Shown here one piece after another: positions 13,265-26,787 of a stretch of 64,000 bases of DNA (its first letter is position 1; the number at the start of each line of letters is the position of its first letter). The position numbers and the translations under genes were made by a program. A model generated the notes under the pieces. That model was given only the letters and a program-made list of their open reading frames with translations, searched no databases and was not told the DNA's origin. This stretch comes from Callorhinchus milii (Eukaryota), in NCBI RefSeq assembly GCF_018977255.1, contig NW_024704742.1:16866001-16930000 (forward strand), given 5' to 3'.

Positions 13265-13710
13265 AAATCAGCTGCATTTCCATGCATCCCACCTATACAT
13301 GGAATGTTCAGGGATACTTGTTGGAATGGAAGTGCACTCTCTTCTCCCTGGAAGGATGTTTCCTGCTTATCTAGTTCGGGAAAGTAATAGGCACAAGTTG
13401 ACAAGATCCAAGGTTTGGGTACTTCAGAGTGTGCATGGGGGGTACTGCTAGATTCTAACCAGCTAAAACCGCAAAACTTGTCATTGATTACACTGCCTGG
13501 CAAGCTATCCTGTCTCAGCTAGGACAAACGTACCCATACCCACTAGGGGTTGGGTTTGCAGGGTTAAAGGGAACTGAGTGGGTACTCCTCACTGGCCCTA
13601 GTGACTTGTCTACCCTTCCAAGTTCTACCAATGAGCTATCTGGCTATGTTGTCATCAGCAGTGCCCTAGAATGCTACGGAACCGGCTCAGGAGCTGAATT
13701 ATCGAGACTG
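13265..13710 (+). repeat. Unclassified dispersed repeat (family C), copy 1
   Basis: Collinear with 33140-33550: TCCTGCTTAYCTARTTCSGGAAAGTA, GCAGGGTTAA, CTGGCTRTGTTGTCATCAGCAG, GGCTCAGGARCTG. Confidence 0.6.
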
Positions 13711-14374
13711 TCACAGAGGGTGAGTTCAATTCTGACATTCCATTGGCAAACATGTCACCTTCGAGCCATTTCAAATGGATGGTCATTTGACATCTGAAAA
13801 GTGTGGGTTTGAGCCCTCACGAGTGGATGGCAGGTTCAAGGAATTTGCGAGCTTCCAGGTGGGCAACACAGCTCAGAATGAAATGTGTGAGAGCATTGCC
13901 ATCAGCAGCTATCTGGCAGACATCTGCCTTCAGTGTGACGGGACCTTTTCAGAACAGCTTGAGATGTACCAGCCACCTTCATGTTCTCGAGGTCCAAATC
14001 CAATGCCTGGACTGACCTCTGAGACTGAGCAATTTACTCTAAGAAGGGTGGAAGGGCAGTATGGTTGTGCTCGTCTATACTTCAAGGACAACAAGGTACC
14101 AATGCAGGTCAAGCTTAGAGCACATAAGACCTGCGAGTATATGCAGTCTCAATACAGTTGGTACAAATTCATTTAGGCTCCATTCACAAATAATCCCTTA
14201 AAAGTTGTTGTGAAGCCGAACGGATGGACTTCATGTGACCATTCTGTATTGTAATTCAAGTGCATGTTTTACAGCAAGCAATTTAATAACTTTTAAAAGC
14301 TCTCCTGCTTGGTTCTCCTCCTCACCTCAGCTGCATCAACTGACAAGGAAGCTCACTTCACCTCAAGGAGCCAG

Positions 14375-14880
14375 TGCAGAACACCTCAATTATTACAATG
14401 CCCTACTCACCAATCTTTTCATTGCCTCCTTACTTAAGCTGCAGACTGTTGATAATTCTGCAGCCCATGTCTTCTTCTCCACCAAGTTCCATGAACCCAC
14501 CACCCCCATCTTTGCTGAGCTCCATTGATTTCCCATCCCTCAGTGGATCAAATTCAAGATCCTAGTCCTCATTTACAATTCCATCCATAGCCTCACCCCA
14601 CCCTAGGTGACCTCTGAAACCCTACTAGCCCAGCCGCACTCTACACTCAGCCAATACCAGCCTGCTGTTCCCTGCCTGATCCTCCCACTATCGGATGGGG
14701 GACTTTAGTTATTCTGACCCTGTTCTCTAGAACCCCACCCTGTAGGCCCTTTGACTTTATCCCACTCTCTCTCCTTCCTTTTTTCTTTAGTCTTTCAGCC
14801 ACCTTCCTCCCCACTTGAGTGAAGTACTTAAAAATGTCCTGCTGACGTGAAAAATGCTATCTAAATGTCAATTGTTGTTT
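14375..14880 (+). mobile_element. Old L2 3' fragment
   Basis: LNYYNALLTNL..LLKLQTVDNSAAHV..PTTPIFAELH; L2 tail. Confidence 0.7.
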
Positions 14881-16339
14881 TTACTAATGTTCTTGGTCAC
14901 ACAAGCATAATTTTCTGAGCACCGGCATTTGGTTTTCAACAGGGCCTAGATTACAAACATGGGCACAAAATGAAATATTGAAGTTTTCAAGGCTTGATTG
15001 CCTTAGCATGAATACGACACAGTATAAATTTGCAGTTCTATAGCCCTTTTACATTGGGAGGATATCTCAAAGCGCATAATATACATAAATCGTTTCTCAA
15101 ACTTGATCTTTGCAAACACAGAATAGACATGTTTGTGTGAAATCAACCACAACAACAATTTATATTAATATAGTGCCTTTCACATCAGGAGGATATTTCA
15201 AAGCACTTTACCAACTAACTGGGGAATCATTAGAGAGCAATATGAATTGGTAAGATGAATTCAATTTGTTTTAGCAATAAATAAAAATATTGAGAAATGT
15301 TTTAACAAAAGCCCATTTTTGCAAGTAATAATTCATTGAGGTTTCATAGCAAGAAGCATTCTTCATTTTGATACCCGTTATTTTACTCTTTGTCCCTTTT
15401 TATAATGTAGTATTAATACAACCATTAGTTAGCTGTAAGAAGGACAATATTGTTAGAAATACATCATTATAGCCCTTAGAAATCATTGCCTTCAACATTC
15501 AATCCCTGGGGGCTGTTACAACATAAATAGTTGCAACTACTCATCGTTGTTTTCACATCTTTAATTCTTGTTAAAACGCATAAATTGCTTGCCTGCCTCT
15601 GCCTGCATGCCCAGAGGGAGGGCTGTGGGTAGCACACCAATATCAAAATCCGGCAGAGTTATAATGAAAGGAACACCATTGTCTGTCTCAAAACATAAAA
15701 CCAGACCATTTTATCAACAGAGATGTTAACTTTTTGTTGGGGTCGCAGGAAATTTTGCAGTCAACAATATCTATTGGTGAAGAAAGATCACGGGTCAGTC
15801 ATCATACGAAGATGTCTATTGGCTTCTAGGCACATGAAGCAACTGGAGAAGGAGAAAGAAGTGAACGAGACAAGATTTTCCCATCGGCATGGAGAAGGTA
15901 ACGTTTCATTGCAGGAGGAATGAAGTTTGTGTGCAGGGCACGTGTCTGATCTGAAGGAAGTGGAATGGAATCATCAGTAAGAGTTCAAGAGGCCACTGAT
16001 GTTAAGAAGGAGCAGAATGTGAATGTGACATGCGGGCCCAGGAATCCTCTGACTCAGAGGATGAACCATTAACTTCAGTATAGTGTTTTAGAACAACTTG
16101 GTTATATCAGACAAGTCGAGAGTGAATGCTGTTCAGTACTTTTTATTTGAAATCACATAGCAAGTACACTTGTACCTTGTTCCGCAATAACTCCACCCAA
16201 CACCAATTTAGCCCTCAAGTGGATATTTCTTGTCTTTTATATGTTGTACTTGTCCCATTTCCTAACGTGTTCCTCATCTTCCCCCATGTCTTTCTCAAGT
16301 TTTTCCTTTCACCTCTTTTTTCCTTTACTGTTCATTAAT

Positions 16340-16540
16340 ATAAAGTCAAATCACTTTACAGTCTATTTTGTGAATAATAACCCTTGCGTACAGTGTCTGA
16401 TCACATCAATTGCACGCAGTGTTATCCCACAAAAAGTCGTGGATTGAGTGACCAAATTATTTTTATTTTTTTTAAAATTGTAGGGATTATTACCGCTGGA
16501 AAAGTGATATCAAATGCAAGGATTATTATTATTATTATTT
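16340..16540. mobile_element. Rearranged SINE pieces (plus / minus / plus)
   Basis: Plus-strand SINE 3' piece, then an antisense SINE body (~16374-16500), then a plus-strand tail ATATCAAATGCAAGGATTATT. Confidence 0.65.
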
Positions 16541-17719
16541 TCCATAGAGATACTTCCTTGCTCATCCTGACCTCTATTTATGGCCCAACTATCTTTGGTC
16601 AAACTTTTGGCAAGGTCAAAGGTTGACCAAAGGTTGACCTTTTCTCACTGGTTATCCACTTTGCACATGTTTGAGTTTCTCATTCTGATGACCCTGCTGG
16701 TTCTTCTGTATTAATTTTCACTGGGTCTGAATGGACCTAGATTTCTTATCTGTAGCTGCACGTGATCTATGCTCATTACGTTTCAGCACTCATACTACAT
16801 CCTTATTCTAGTAAATTGTGCCCGTTATGTCAGCATTCATGTAACTCAAAGATGTGAAATAGGGCAGGAGTATGTTTCAAGGCACATCTGTGGAAAGCAG
16901 TAGGAAGAATATAATCAAGCAATAAATTGATTCCAGAGCATGAAGGATCGACGGACACCGCAGTAATAAATGTGATGTTCGTCACAGTGGTAGAAAAGAA
17001 CGGAGCAATGGAATGAGGTTCTTCAACATAAGGAGAATAGTGAATAAAAGAGGTCAGCTTCCCTTTCCTCTTGGAAGGTTGACTACAAAACTATCAGACT
17101 GTAAAAGTGCTGGAGTGGTGGGAAGGAGAAATCTTAGAGATTCGAGACAGGCAACTAAAAGGAGTAAACACTGGCGTGCCCCTATCAGTTGTGGTTTGTC
17201 AGCATTGAACTATATTTTGAAGTACTAATACCCTAATATTAATGAAATAATAAAAGTTACGAGCAGTGAAAAAAGTTGCTTTAGGATTCTTCAATTTGTT
17301 CATGGCATTGCATGAGGCAAAAGTTTTATAACACAGAAAAACAAGTATGATGGAACCAAGATGTAGCACCTGATCCAATGATCAAGGAAGAGTGAAGTAT
17401 GAAACTCTCTATGGAAGAATGAAGAATATCAGTTGCTTCAAGGGAATTAGTGGAGTAGACCCACAGTTTGATCAAACGAGAAGCAGTAAATCAGTAAAGA
17501 ATTTACTACCACAATCTCAATCTGAAAGTTTAGAGCACCTTCCAAGACAGGTCTGATTTACAGAATGCAATTTGTCGCAGTGTATTCTGCAAGAGACAGA
17601 TATGAGGCAGTGGTGAGAATAGCCAAACCCAAGAGGAGATGAGATAGATACAAGAGCAATGTTTCACAATCTAATCTGCACATTTTGCTGTTGGGTGAAA
17701 AGGGAGTTTAATGTGTTTA

Positions 17720-19072
17720 ATGTCCTCCTTGACCTCTCTGCTGCCTTCGATACGGTTGACCACTCTATACTCCTCCACTCCCTCTCCTCTCACCTCAACC
17801 ATCATAGTTCTGTCCTGGAATGGTTCAGTTCATACCTCTTACACCATTTCCATTTCATCTCCACAAACGGCTTCTCCTCTAGTCCCTGCACCATCTCGTG
17901 CGGAGTTCCTCAGGGCTCTGTCCTTGGTCCCCTCCTCTTCAATATCTATATGCTCCCTCTTGGTGACATCATCAGCAGACATGGGGTCAAGATACACATG
18001 AATGTAGATGACACCAAACTCTATCTCTCTACCTCCACCCTTGACTCCAGGACCACTGCTGTCCTCACAGAATGTCAGTCAGACATCAAGTCCTGGATGA
18101 GAGCTAACTTTCTACAATTGAACCTCAACAATAATAATAATAATAATCCTTGCACTTGATATAGCACTTTTCACATCTTCTACACGTCTCAAAGCGCTTC
18201 ACAGAATACACTGTAAAGTGAATTGACCGTATATTTGTGAGCGAAATGTACCTCTCACACCTTTCACAAGACCGAGGCTCTCCTGATTGGCTTCTGTTAG
18301 CGCCTCCACACCTCAGGCACTAACAGTATCACCATCCAGGGATGCACACTCCACCTTATTAAGCTAATCCGGAGCCTTGGCATCTTATTTGACCCTCAAC
18401 TATCCTTCCTATCCCACATCCGTGCTATGTCCTGCTCTGCCTTCCCCCACCTCCGCAACATCACCCGGCTCCGCCACTGTCTCACACCGCAGACTGCCAA
18501 GACCATCATACACGTAATCATAACATCCAGGCTCAACTACGCAAATTCTCTATTTGTTGGCCTCCCCAACTCTTCCCTCCATAGGTTACAAATCATCCAG
18601 AACTCAGCAACCCTATCACCCCCATCCTCGCCCGACTCCGCTGGCTTCCCATTACACAGAGGGTACAGTTCAAGATCCTGAAACTCACCTTCAAGGTCCT
18701 CCATGACCTTACTCCAGCCTACAGATCCGATCTTCTAACCCCCTACCAACCTGCCCTCTCCCTCTGCGGGCCCTGGCCTGCATCAGGTCACCCGCCTCTC
18801 ACCCCACCATTGGCAGGTGGACCTTCTGCCACTCTGCCCCGACCTCTAGAACTCTATCCTGCAGACCCTCCCTCTTGCCCCCTTCCTTGCCTCCATCAAG
18901 ACCCTTCTCAAGACCTTTCTCTTCGTCCGTGCCGTTGATCACCCTCCTTTCCCACCTGCCGTTTACCCTCCCCGAACCCGAACCCCAGCTCAGGTCCAAA
19001 ACATTGATTGTCCAGCACCTTGGGACATCCTCCTGATGTGAAATGCACTTTACAAATGTAATTTTGTTGTTG
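17720..19072 (+). mobile_element. L2 LINE 3' part, with an antisense SINE tail inserted at ~18128-18250
   Basis: [38 protein letters not shown] and VDDTKLYLS; LQLNL|insert|KTEALLIG; L2 tail. Confidence 0.88.
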
Positions 19073-19241
19073 TAGTTTTTGTTTATGCATTTCATTACAT
19101 TTCTTGTTTCTCACACCAGAATATCAGTTTCTTTATCTATCAATTTGGTCCACAGGCACTTATGGAAAGATGCCTTGGATATGTTTCCCAGATTTGATTC
19201 TTATTCATAATAATCTGATACTGTTAACAGTCCAGATATTT

Positions 19242-19608
19242 AGTCCTGCAGTTCAGTGGTTAGAGCACTCACCATGCAAGCGAGAGATCTGGGTTCTAGT
19301 CCTGGCAGGGCGAAATGTAGGCCAAGTTTCCTTACTCCACGTGCCTCTGTTTACTTAGCAGTAAGTAATAACCTGGTTTTCAGTTGATTGGCGAATCGCT
19401 TTTCCGGGGTTAATAATCCTTAAAAAAAACGATACTAATTCAGTCACTCAATCCACGACTGTTTGTGGGAGATTGCTGTGCGCAATTGGCTGCCGCGTTT
19501 CACCCACAAATATACAGTCAATTCACTTTACAGTATATTCTGTGAAGTGCTTTGAGACGTCGAGAAGACGTGAAAAGTGTAATATCAAATCAAAGATTAT
19601 TATTATTA
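19242..19608 (+). mobile_element. Young SINE (long subfamily), full length
   Basis: A and B boxes, full body, tail loop GACGTC-GAGAA-GACGT. Confidence 0.88.
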
Positions 19609-20219
19609 CTGATGGTATCAATATCACTATTTTGTGAAGTTCTCATTCACTTGTGTCCCTGTGAATTCTTTTAGATTGTGTTATTTGTGTTTGACAATAT
19701 TAGTCTTATAGAGGACTTCAGTAATCTTCCTCATTTGCAATTGAAAGTGGAAGAAAGGTAGGCAAACCCAAACTCTCATATTCCTAAAAAAATTATTATA
19801 AAAGCATGCAGGCTATTTATTGTGTAACACACACCACCAAATCCTCACACAGCTAGTGAAGCAGGTTTCTGTTCATTTCACATTCATTATCACACAAGAA
19901 AATAGTTTTTAAGCCCATTCCACAGAATTTCTTAGTGCCAAATAAGATTGATTAAGAAACTTGAACTGTATGAACCTAAGCCTAGAGCTGACAGAGGACA
20001 ATTTTATTTTATTACAGCTTGTCATATATGTTTCCAAATCAAAGAAGCAGCCTGCCTTAGGCACGATTTATGAGCAGTAGAATAACTAACATTGTGATTT
20101 CACTGTTAAAAATCTGCCAAATTAAAATTTAAAAAAATAAATTCAGAGCAAAATTGGTCTCCGAAATTGCTTCTGCCAATCCTTGAGTAATGCATTGTGA
20201 TTCTGGTCCACTGATGAGC

Positions 20220-20560
20220 TTGCATTTTTATGGTGCTTTGTCACAGCAAATATCTGAAAGTTTCATCATTCGTGTCAAGCATACTGACTGTTTATATCGG
20301 GAAACATGGCAACCATTTTGCACAAAGCAAAGGCACCCATGGTGATGAATCACCAATTAATCTCAAGCTTGTGGACCACTGACCACTGCCAGAAACTCCC
20401 CTCTTGTTTGAATAGTGTCAGGGGATCTTTAACTTCCACCTGAATGGGCAAACAGGACCTTGGTTTAATGTCTCATCCAAAGGAAGATACCTCCGACAAT
20501 CCAGTACTCTCCCAGTACTGTACTGGACCATTAACACAAACTATGAACTCAGACCCAGAT
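20220..20560 (-). mobile_element. Deu-domain SINE fragment
   Basis: GAATAGTGTCAGGGGATCTTTAACTTCCACCTGA...CCTTGGTTTAATGTCTCATCCAAAG. Confidence 0.7.
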
Positions 20561-21118
20561 GTGCTGCTTTAATAAGTAATATGAGAGTAATATATAAGTA
20601 ATATGCGATTCATGTAACAGGAAGTTTTCTGTATTTGAGATTTCATATGATTTCTGCCCTCGACCTTTCTGAAAAGCAATTCACCTTCTGAGTGGTGGAT
20701 GAGTGAAGCAACTTCCTGAAATAACTTCTGAAGTGTTGCTTTTACTTTGCCAATCTAGCAATCTAACGCTGATAATTAATTTTTTTTTCTGACATTGTGC
20801 AATTGATATAATTTATTCCCAGGATATGGATCATTAATGCTAAAATCAACCATGTTTTTCCAATCCAGCCAGTCTAATGGCACAACTCCAACTCATAATT
20901 GTGACATGTCCCATTCTGACCTGTAATATTCCGGAGAAAGATTACAGTCCATTACAATTTTAAGTACCTTTGTGTGAAGTGTTAAAAGTGGATCATGTGG
21001 CTGGTAAAGCAGTGTGCGTTTGAAAAAATTAGGGGTTGACCCAAATAGCTTAACAATAGTTTGTTCAACAACAACTTGCATTTATATAGCACCCCTCATG
21101 AGGGTAGCGTCTCTTAAA

Positions 21119-21445
21119 TAATAATTCTTGCATTTGATTTAGTGCTTTATCACATCGTTGAGATGTCTCAAAGTGCTTCACAGAATATACCTTAATGCAG
21201 GCACAGCAGTGCTCACAAACAATCATGGATTGAGTGACCCAAATTATTATTTATTTATATTTTTGAAAAGCATTATTTCCCCAGAAAGCGATCCTCCAAT
21301 CCACTGACAACCAGGTTCTTACAGCTAGGTAAATTGAGGCGTGTGGAGTGAGAAAACTTCCCTAAGGTTTCGCCCTACTGGGCAATTGAACCCAAGTCCT
21401 CTCGCTTTGAAGCGATTGCTCTTACCAATATGCCACAGGACTCTA
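21119..21445 (-). mobile_element. Young SINE, antisense
   Basis: Reverse complement of the family, from tail through head (CACAGGACTC). Confidence 0.8.
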
Positions 21446-22053
21446 CTTCGATTGCTTGCCAGCTTAGTGTATGATTTCAGGGTCAATGTTCGACATTGAT
21501 TATATTTACATTATATCTATTTTTTTCTCTATGTAACTGAAAACCTGGAATCAATTGGCAATAATTTATTCTTGAATTGTATATGGAATAAAAGAACTGA
21601 TCAAACCTTCAAAAAATATTATGAATGATGCCTTTAAGTTGGACTGCATAAGAGCGATTAAAGGATAATTTTCAAGTGACAATTTGCTAGTCAATTCACA
21701 CTGCATTTCCACAGGGAATTTCTAGCATGAATCACTTTTTGAATACACACCTCAGATAGAATTTACGCTGTGCTTTTTGCTTCAATAATAGATCTACTAG
21801 CTCTTGTAGTTAACCTCAATTGCCTTTATATTTCCCAGTATCTTTAAAAATGTTTTTTTTGGCTTTTACGGCAGTTTTGACCTCTATTTTGATTTTGGCC
21901 TTGCTATGTTCCTCTTTTCCATAAAAGGAATCTATTTTCTTTCTGCCTCTCTTTAGAACTCAGTTTCTCTTCTGTTGTTTTAGTTTCTAGTTTCTCCTTC
22001 CCATTTAATCCACCAAGGAACTCTTTGTGCAGCTTCAAAGGTTGCGCTTCTGA

Positions 22054-22285
22054 AGCCCATGATTTGTCAATGTCTTAACTGTAAGACCATTGAAGTTTAA
22101 GATCATGCAGAATTTTGGTAAAGCCTTAATTCCGGTTTCAATTTTGAAAGGCGATTTTCCACAGTATCCACAAAGAACTGTGGAAAACCAGCTTCCAAAT
22201 TAAAGACAAATCAAAGGATTTTCCAAAACTCTACATGATCGTAAGACAAAGATCTTAAAGCTATGACCATTGGACCTTTTAGGCC
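22054..22285. mobile_element. Palindromic MITE-like element, most complete copy
   Basis: Perfect core TTTTCCACAGT (22155-22165) / ACTGTGGAAAA (22177-22187), with imperfect arms of ~110 bp. Confidence 0.65.
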
Positions 22286-22895
22286 TCTGAATTCATGCAT
22301 TCAAAACAGTATCAAATCCAACCTTATAAATTCTCATAGGAGCCCAAGAGGATGATTTTATTCATATATATTTGCCAATATTGACAATCAAAGGCATGTT
22401 ATTCTCCACTCATTGGTAAATGTAACAACCTTCACTATTATTTAATGAAAAAAAATTCCCAAGAGTTCATCCACTTCCAGGCTACTGATCAGTCTGCTAT
22501 TTTGTTAAACATGGAATATAATCCAGCAGCTGCTCTAGTACTCAGCCTCTATTATGATATTCCAGTCGCATTTAAGTATACTTCATTTTTGGGCCACAAT
22601 CCACCTTTAGGGTTAAATTGGAAATAACTATCAATGGTCTAAATTTGGCAAGTTTGCATTTGGTTTTGAATAACTTATTAAAACCTCTCAAAGGTAGATT
22701 CAATGGTCAATTTGAAAGTCGATATCTCTAGGTTTGCTGAGATCATTTGTCATTTTGTATATAAATAATTTTACTTTGCGTTGGAAGAAACTTGAGCACC
22801 ACATTCATATATCTTTGGGTTTATGATATTGACAGCTGGAAAGATGCCAGATGGATGTTTTAAAAACATTCTTTTATTTTAATATTTACATTTTG

Positions 22896-24903
22896 TGGAG
22901 TCCTGTAGCTCAGTGGTTAGAGCACACGCCTCGCAAGCGAGAGACCTGAGTTCGATTCACGGCAGGCCGAAATGTTGGACAACTTTCCTTACACCACAGG
23001 TCTCTGTTTACTTACCAGTAACTAGGAACCCGGTTGTAAGTCAATTGGCGGATCGCTTTTCCGGGGGTAATAATTCCTTCAAAAAAAAAGTTGGTCGCTT
23101 CAATTCAACAACAACAACAAGATTCCATTTATAGAGCACCTTTCACGTCGGGAGGACGTCCCAAAGCGCTGGACAGTAGGGTCAGGACCCGAGCAGGGGG
23201 GAAATGGTCAGGGTGAGGGGAGGGAAGGGAGGGAGCGAGGAGGGGGGGAAATGGTCAGGGTGAGGGGAGGGAAGGGAGGGAGCAAGGAGGGGAGAAATGG
23301 TGAGGGGAGGGAAGGGAGGGGACGAGGAGGGGGTAGAGAGATGAGAGGGGAGCTGAAGGCTCGGTCAAAGAGAAAGGTTTTGAGACCGGCCTTGAAGGAG
23401 GAAAGGGAGGAGGCGGCGAAGGCACTGGGGGATAGAGTTCCAGAGCCTAGGGGCTGAGAGGCTGAAGGCCCGGCCACCGATGGTAGGGCGGTTGGGGCGG
23501 GGGATGTGGAGCAGACTGGAGCCAGAGGAACGGAGGGTACGAGCAGGTAAGTAGGGGGATAGTAGGTCGGAGAGGTAGGAGGAGGGAGTAAGGCCGTGAA
23601 TGGCCTTGTAGGCGAGGATGAGGATCTTGAATTCGATCCTCTGGGGGATGGGGAGCCAGTGGAGGCGAGCGAGGGTGGGAGTGATGTGGTCGCGAAGCCT
23701 GGTGCGGGACAGTACATGAGCTGCAGAGTTCTGAATGACCTACAGCTTGTGGAGGGAGGTGGCGGGAAGGCCGGCGAGGAGAGAGTTCCCATAGTCCAGC
23801 CTTGAGGTGATAAAGGCGTGGACCAAAGTTTCAGCAGCGTGAGGGGTGAGGTAGTGCCGTAGTCTGGCGATGTTCCGCAGGTGATGAAAGGCGGTGCCAG
23901 TTGTGGCGCGGATGTGGGGAAGAAAGGACAGCTCAGGGTCGAATAGAACACCGAGGTTCCTGACTGCTTTGAGAGGTGGAGAGTGCAGCCTTGGATGCTG
24001 ATGCTGTCAGCGCCTGAGGTGTGGAGGCGCTGACGTGAGTCAATCAGGAGGGCCTCAGTTTTACGTTTGTTGAGCTGAAGAAAGTTGTCTCTCGTCCAGG
24101 ACTCGATGTCGGACAGGCAGCTGTCAGGACATCGGTGGTCGTGGAGTTGAGGGTAGAGGAGGAAAGGTAGAGTTGGGTGTCATCCGCATACATGTGGAAG
24201 TTAACCCCATGTCTGCGGATGATGTCACCAAGGGGGAGCATATAGAGGGTGAAGAGGAGGGGACCGATGACACAGCCTTGAGGGATACCGCACGAGTCAG
24301 TGCGGGGGGTGGAGGAAAAGCCGTTTGCGGAAACAAAATGAAGACGGTGGGAGAGGTACGACCTAAACCACTCAAGGACAGGGCCTTGAAGGTTGAGGTG
24401 GGAGGACAAGCGGTGGAGGAGGATAGCATGGTCGACCGTATCGAATGCTGCCGATAGGTTGAGGAGGACGAGGAGTCAGAGGGAGCCCTGGTCACAGATG
24501 GTCAGGATGTCATTGGTGACCTTGACCAGGGTGGTTTCTGTGCTATGGGCAGCACGGAAGCCTGACTGAAGGGGTTCGAATAATGAATGGGTGGAGAGGA
24601 AAGAGCGCAGCTGGAAGGCGACAACTCTTTCAAGGACCTTGGACAGGAAGGGGAGGTTGGAGATGGGCCGGTAGCTTGATAGCTGCGACGCATCAAGGGA
24701 GGGTTTTTCAAAGTGTTCAAGACTGTTTGTGGGACACTACTGTGTATAATTGACTGCCACGTTTCGCCCACATAATACACAGTCAATTCACTTTACAGTG
24801 TGTTCTGTGAAGGGCTTTAAGACGTCCTCCCAACGTGAAAAGCGCTATATCAAATGCAAGGATTATTAGGATTATTATATCAAATACAAAGATTATTATT
24901 ATT
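22896..24903 (+). mobile_element. Young SINE split by an L2 insertion (22896-23108 and 24716-24903)
   Basis: The head and body stop at GGTCGCTTCAATTCAA and resume at TTCAAGACTGTTTGTGGG; the tail is duplicated. Confidence 0.85.
23109..24715 (-). mobile_element. Young L2 LINE, 5'-truncated, 1.6 kb, frameshifted RT
   Basis: [43 protein letters not shown]; CpG-rich; (TTG)n tail; TTCAA on both flanks. Confidence 0.92.
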
Positions 24904-25352
24904 AATAGTATGGATACCTCAATCAGTATTGAGATATCAGCTCATAGTATTCATTTCCTTAAGAGTGTAAAGGACTATCAGTGTAATGGCATCTATCCAT
25001 TTATTTTATGCTGGTCTGGGGAAATTTGTTTGTTTCATTAATTTCTTTGATAGACTTGGTTGAATTTCCTTGCTGACATGAATGGTATGTTATTTGTTTC
25101 CTATAAATATGAATTAGAACCATTCATATCTGATCACTTATTCCGAACAGAGTGTTTGCAATTTTGGGTACTGTAACTCAGGCTTTGGGAGGGAAAAGGA
25201 AAATTCAGATCAATTCTGATGTTATTTAATAGATTTGAAGCAGTTCCAATTGGGCTAATTTTCAAGCTTGATGTGATTCACTTGAGTATTTCAAAGCTCC
25301 AATATTTCTGCAATGTGCCTCCTATATGCCTTCCTTAAAACTTAAAGCAATA

Positions 25353-25637
25353 TAATAATAATAATCCTTGTATTTGATATAGCGCTTTTCACATCTTCTA
25401 GACATCTCAAATAATATACTGTCAAGTGAATTGACTGTATACTTGTGGGCGAAACGTGGCAGCCAATTACGCACAGCAGTGTCTCAAAAACAGTCGTGGA
25501 TTGAAGTGACCAATTTATTATTGTTTATTTTTTTCTTGAAGTATTATTATCAGGCGTGTGGAGTGAGGAAACTTGCCCAAGGTTTCGCCCTGCCACGTCT
25601 CTTGCTTGCAAGGCGAGTGCTCTCACCACTGAGCTGT
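25353..25637 (-). mobile_element. Young SINE, antisense
   Basis: Reverse complement of tail, body and A box (CCACTGAGCT). Confidence 0.8.
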
Positions 25638-26787
25638 GATTTATGCATGGACTTCATTTTAATTTCTGTAATTTGTTCTACATATGTTAATCAAGTTGTA
25701 ATACTGGAACTTATTCATAGGTTGATTCATTTTGAAATCAGAAGTTCAGGAAGAAAGGGGTGATTTTCAAAATCGTAATCTGACCTTGAAAGACTCAATT
25801 TTTCTCTATATACAGTTCTCTATATTCAAAATGCTAAAATTTATGTCCCTCGTAGAAAGAAAAATAGCAAAAAGTATATATTTTAAATTGGTCCTTCACA
25901 CCACGACACGACAGCTGAAATCCTTTCACAAATAATTATGGTTAAGTGTAGTCACTACTTTTTGTAGGCAAACACAGCAGCCAAATGTACCAACCAGATC
26001 TGACAAATAACCCTGAGGTGAATGACCAAGGATTGTTGGTCAAGAACATTGGGAAAAAAATATTTCTCTTGTTGAATAGTGCAAAATGACCTTTAATGTA
26101 ACTTGACCGAACCTCAATTTTAACATCTTATCCAAAAGATGTGTAATTTCTTTTGTATGAAATCTTCAGATCCATTGGGCCTAAACTTGCAGTATTGTTT
26201 AATTTAACTTTTAGTAATTGGCCCAGAGGTTTTAATGATGACCTGCTCCATCACTGATAGTGAATATTTCGGCTTCATGAGAATGTGGATTTTGACTCTC
26301 CTAGTCATGGAAAAAGAATGTTAAAGTAAAGAAAGCATAGAGCTTGATGTAAGGCCTAAGCTGTAAAGAAAGTTCAAAAATGTCTAGAAGTTAGAACCTG
26401 GACCACTTATATTAGAGATGGTTAAGATCCTTAAGAGTATTTAATGCAGACTGAGAGTTCCACATTTGTATGCCAACTGCACACGGGCATTTAATTTGCT
26501 TGTGTCTGGAATGGAATTCCCTCCCCTGGAAGGACCCACCCTGTTTGCCTAATTCTAGAGCGTATGAGTGATTTTCTTCAATATTTTATTATCGAATTGG
26601 ATAACTCTGAACTCCATTGTTTTGTATTGGTGGTGACCAAGGAAAAGGCTATGGAGGACAATGTACAGAGATAAAACAGAAACAAAACATTTTCACAGCT
26701 GAAAATTCACTTAAAGGAACAAATACCCCATCCTACTTGCTGTCCAATTCTCCATGACGGTTCTTTCATGAGTAATGTCTAGTCTAG

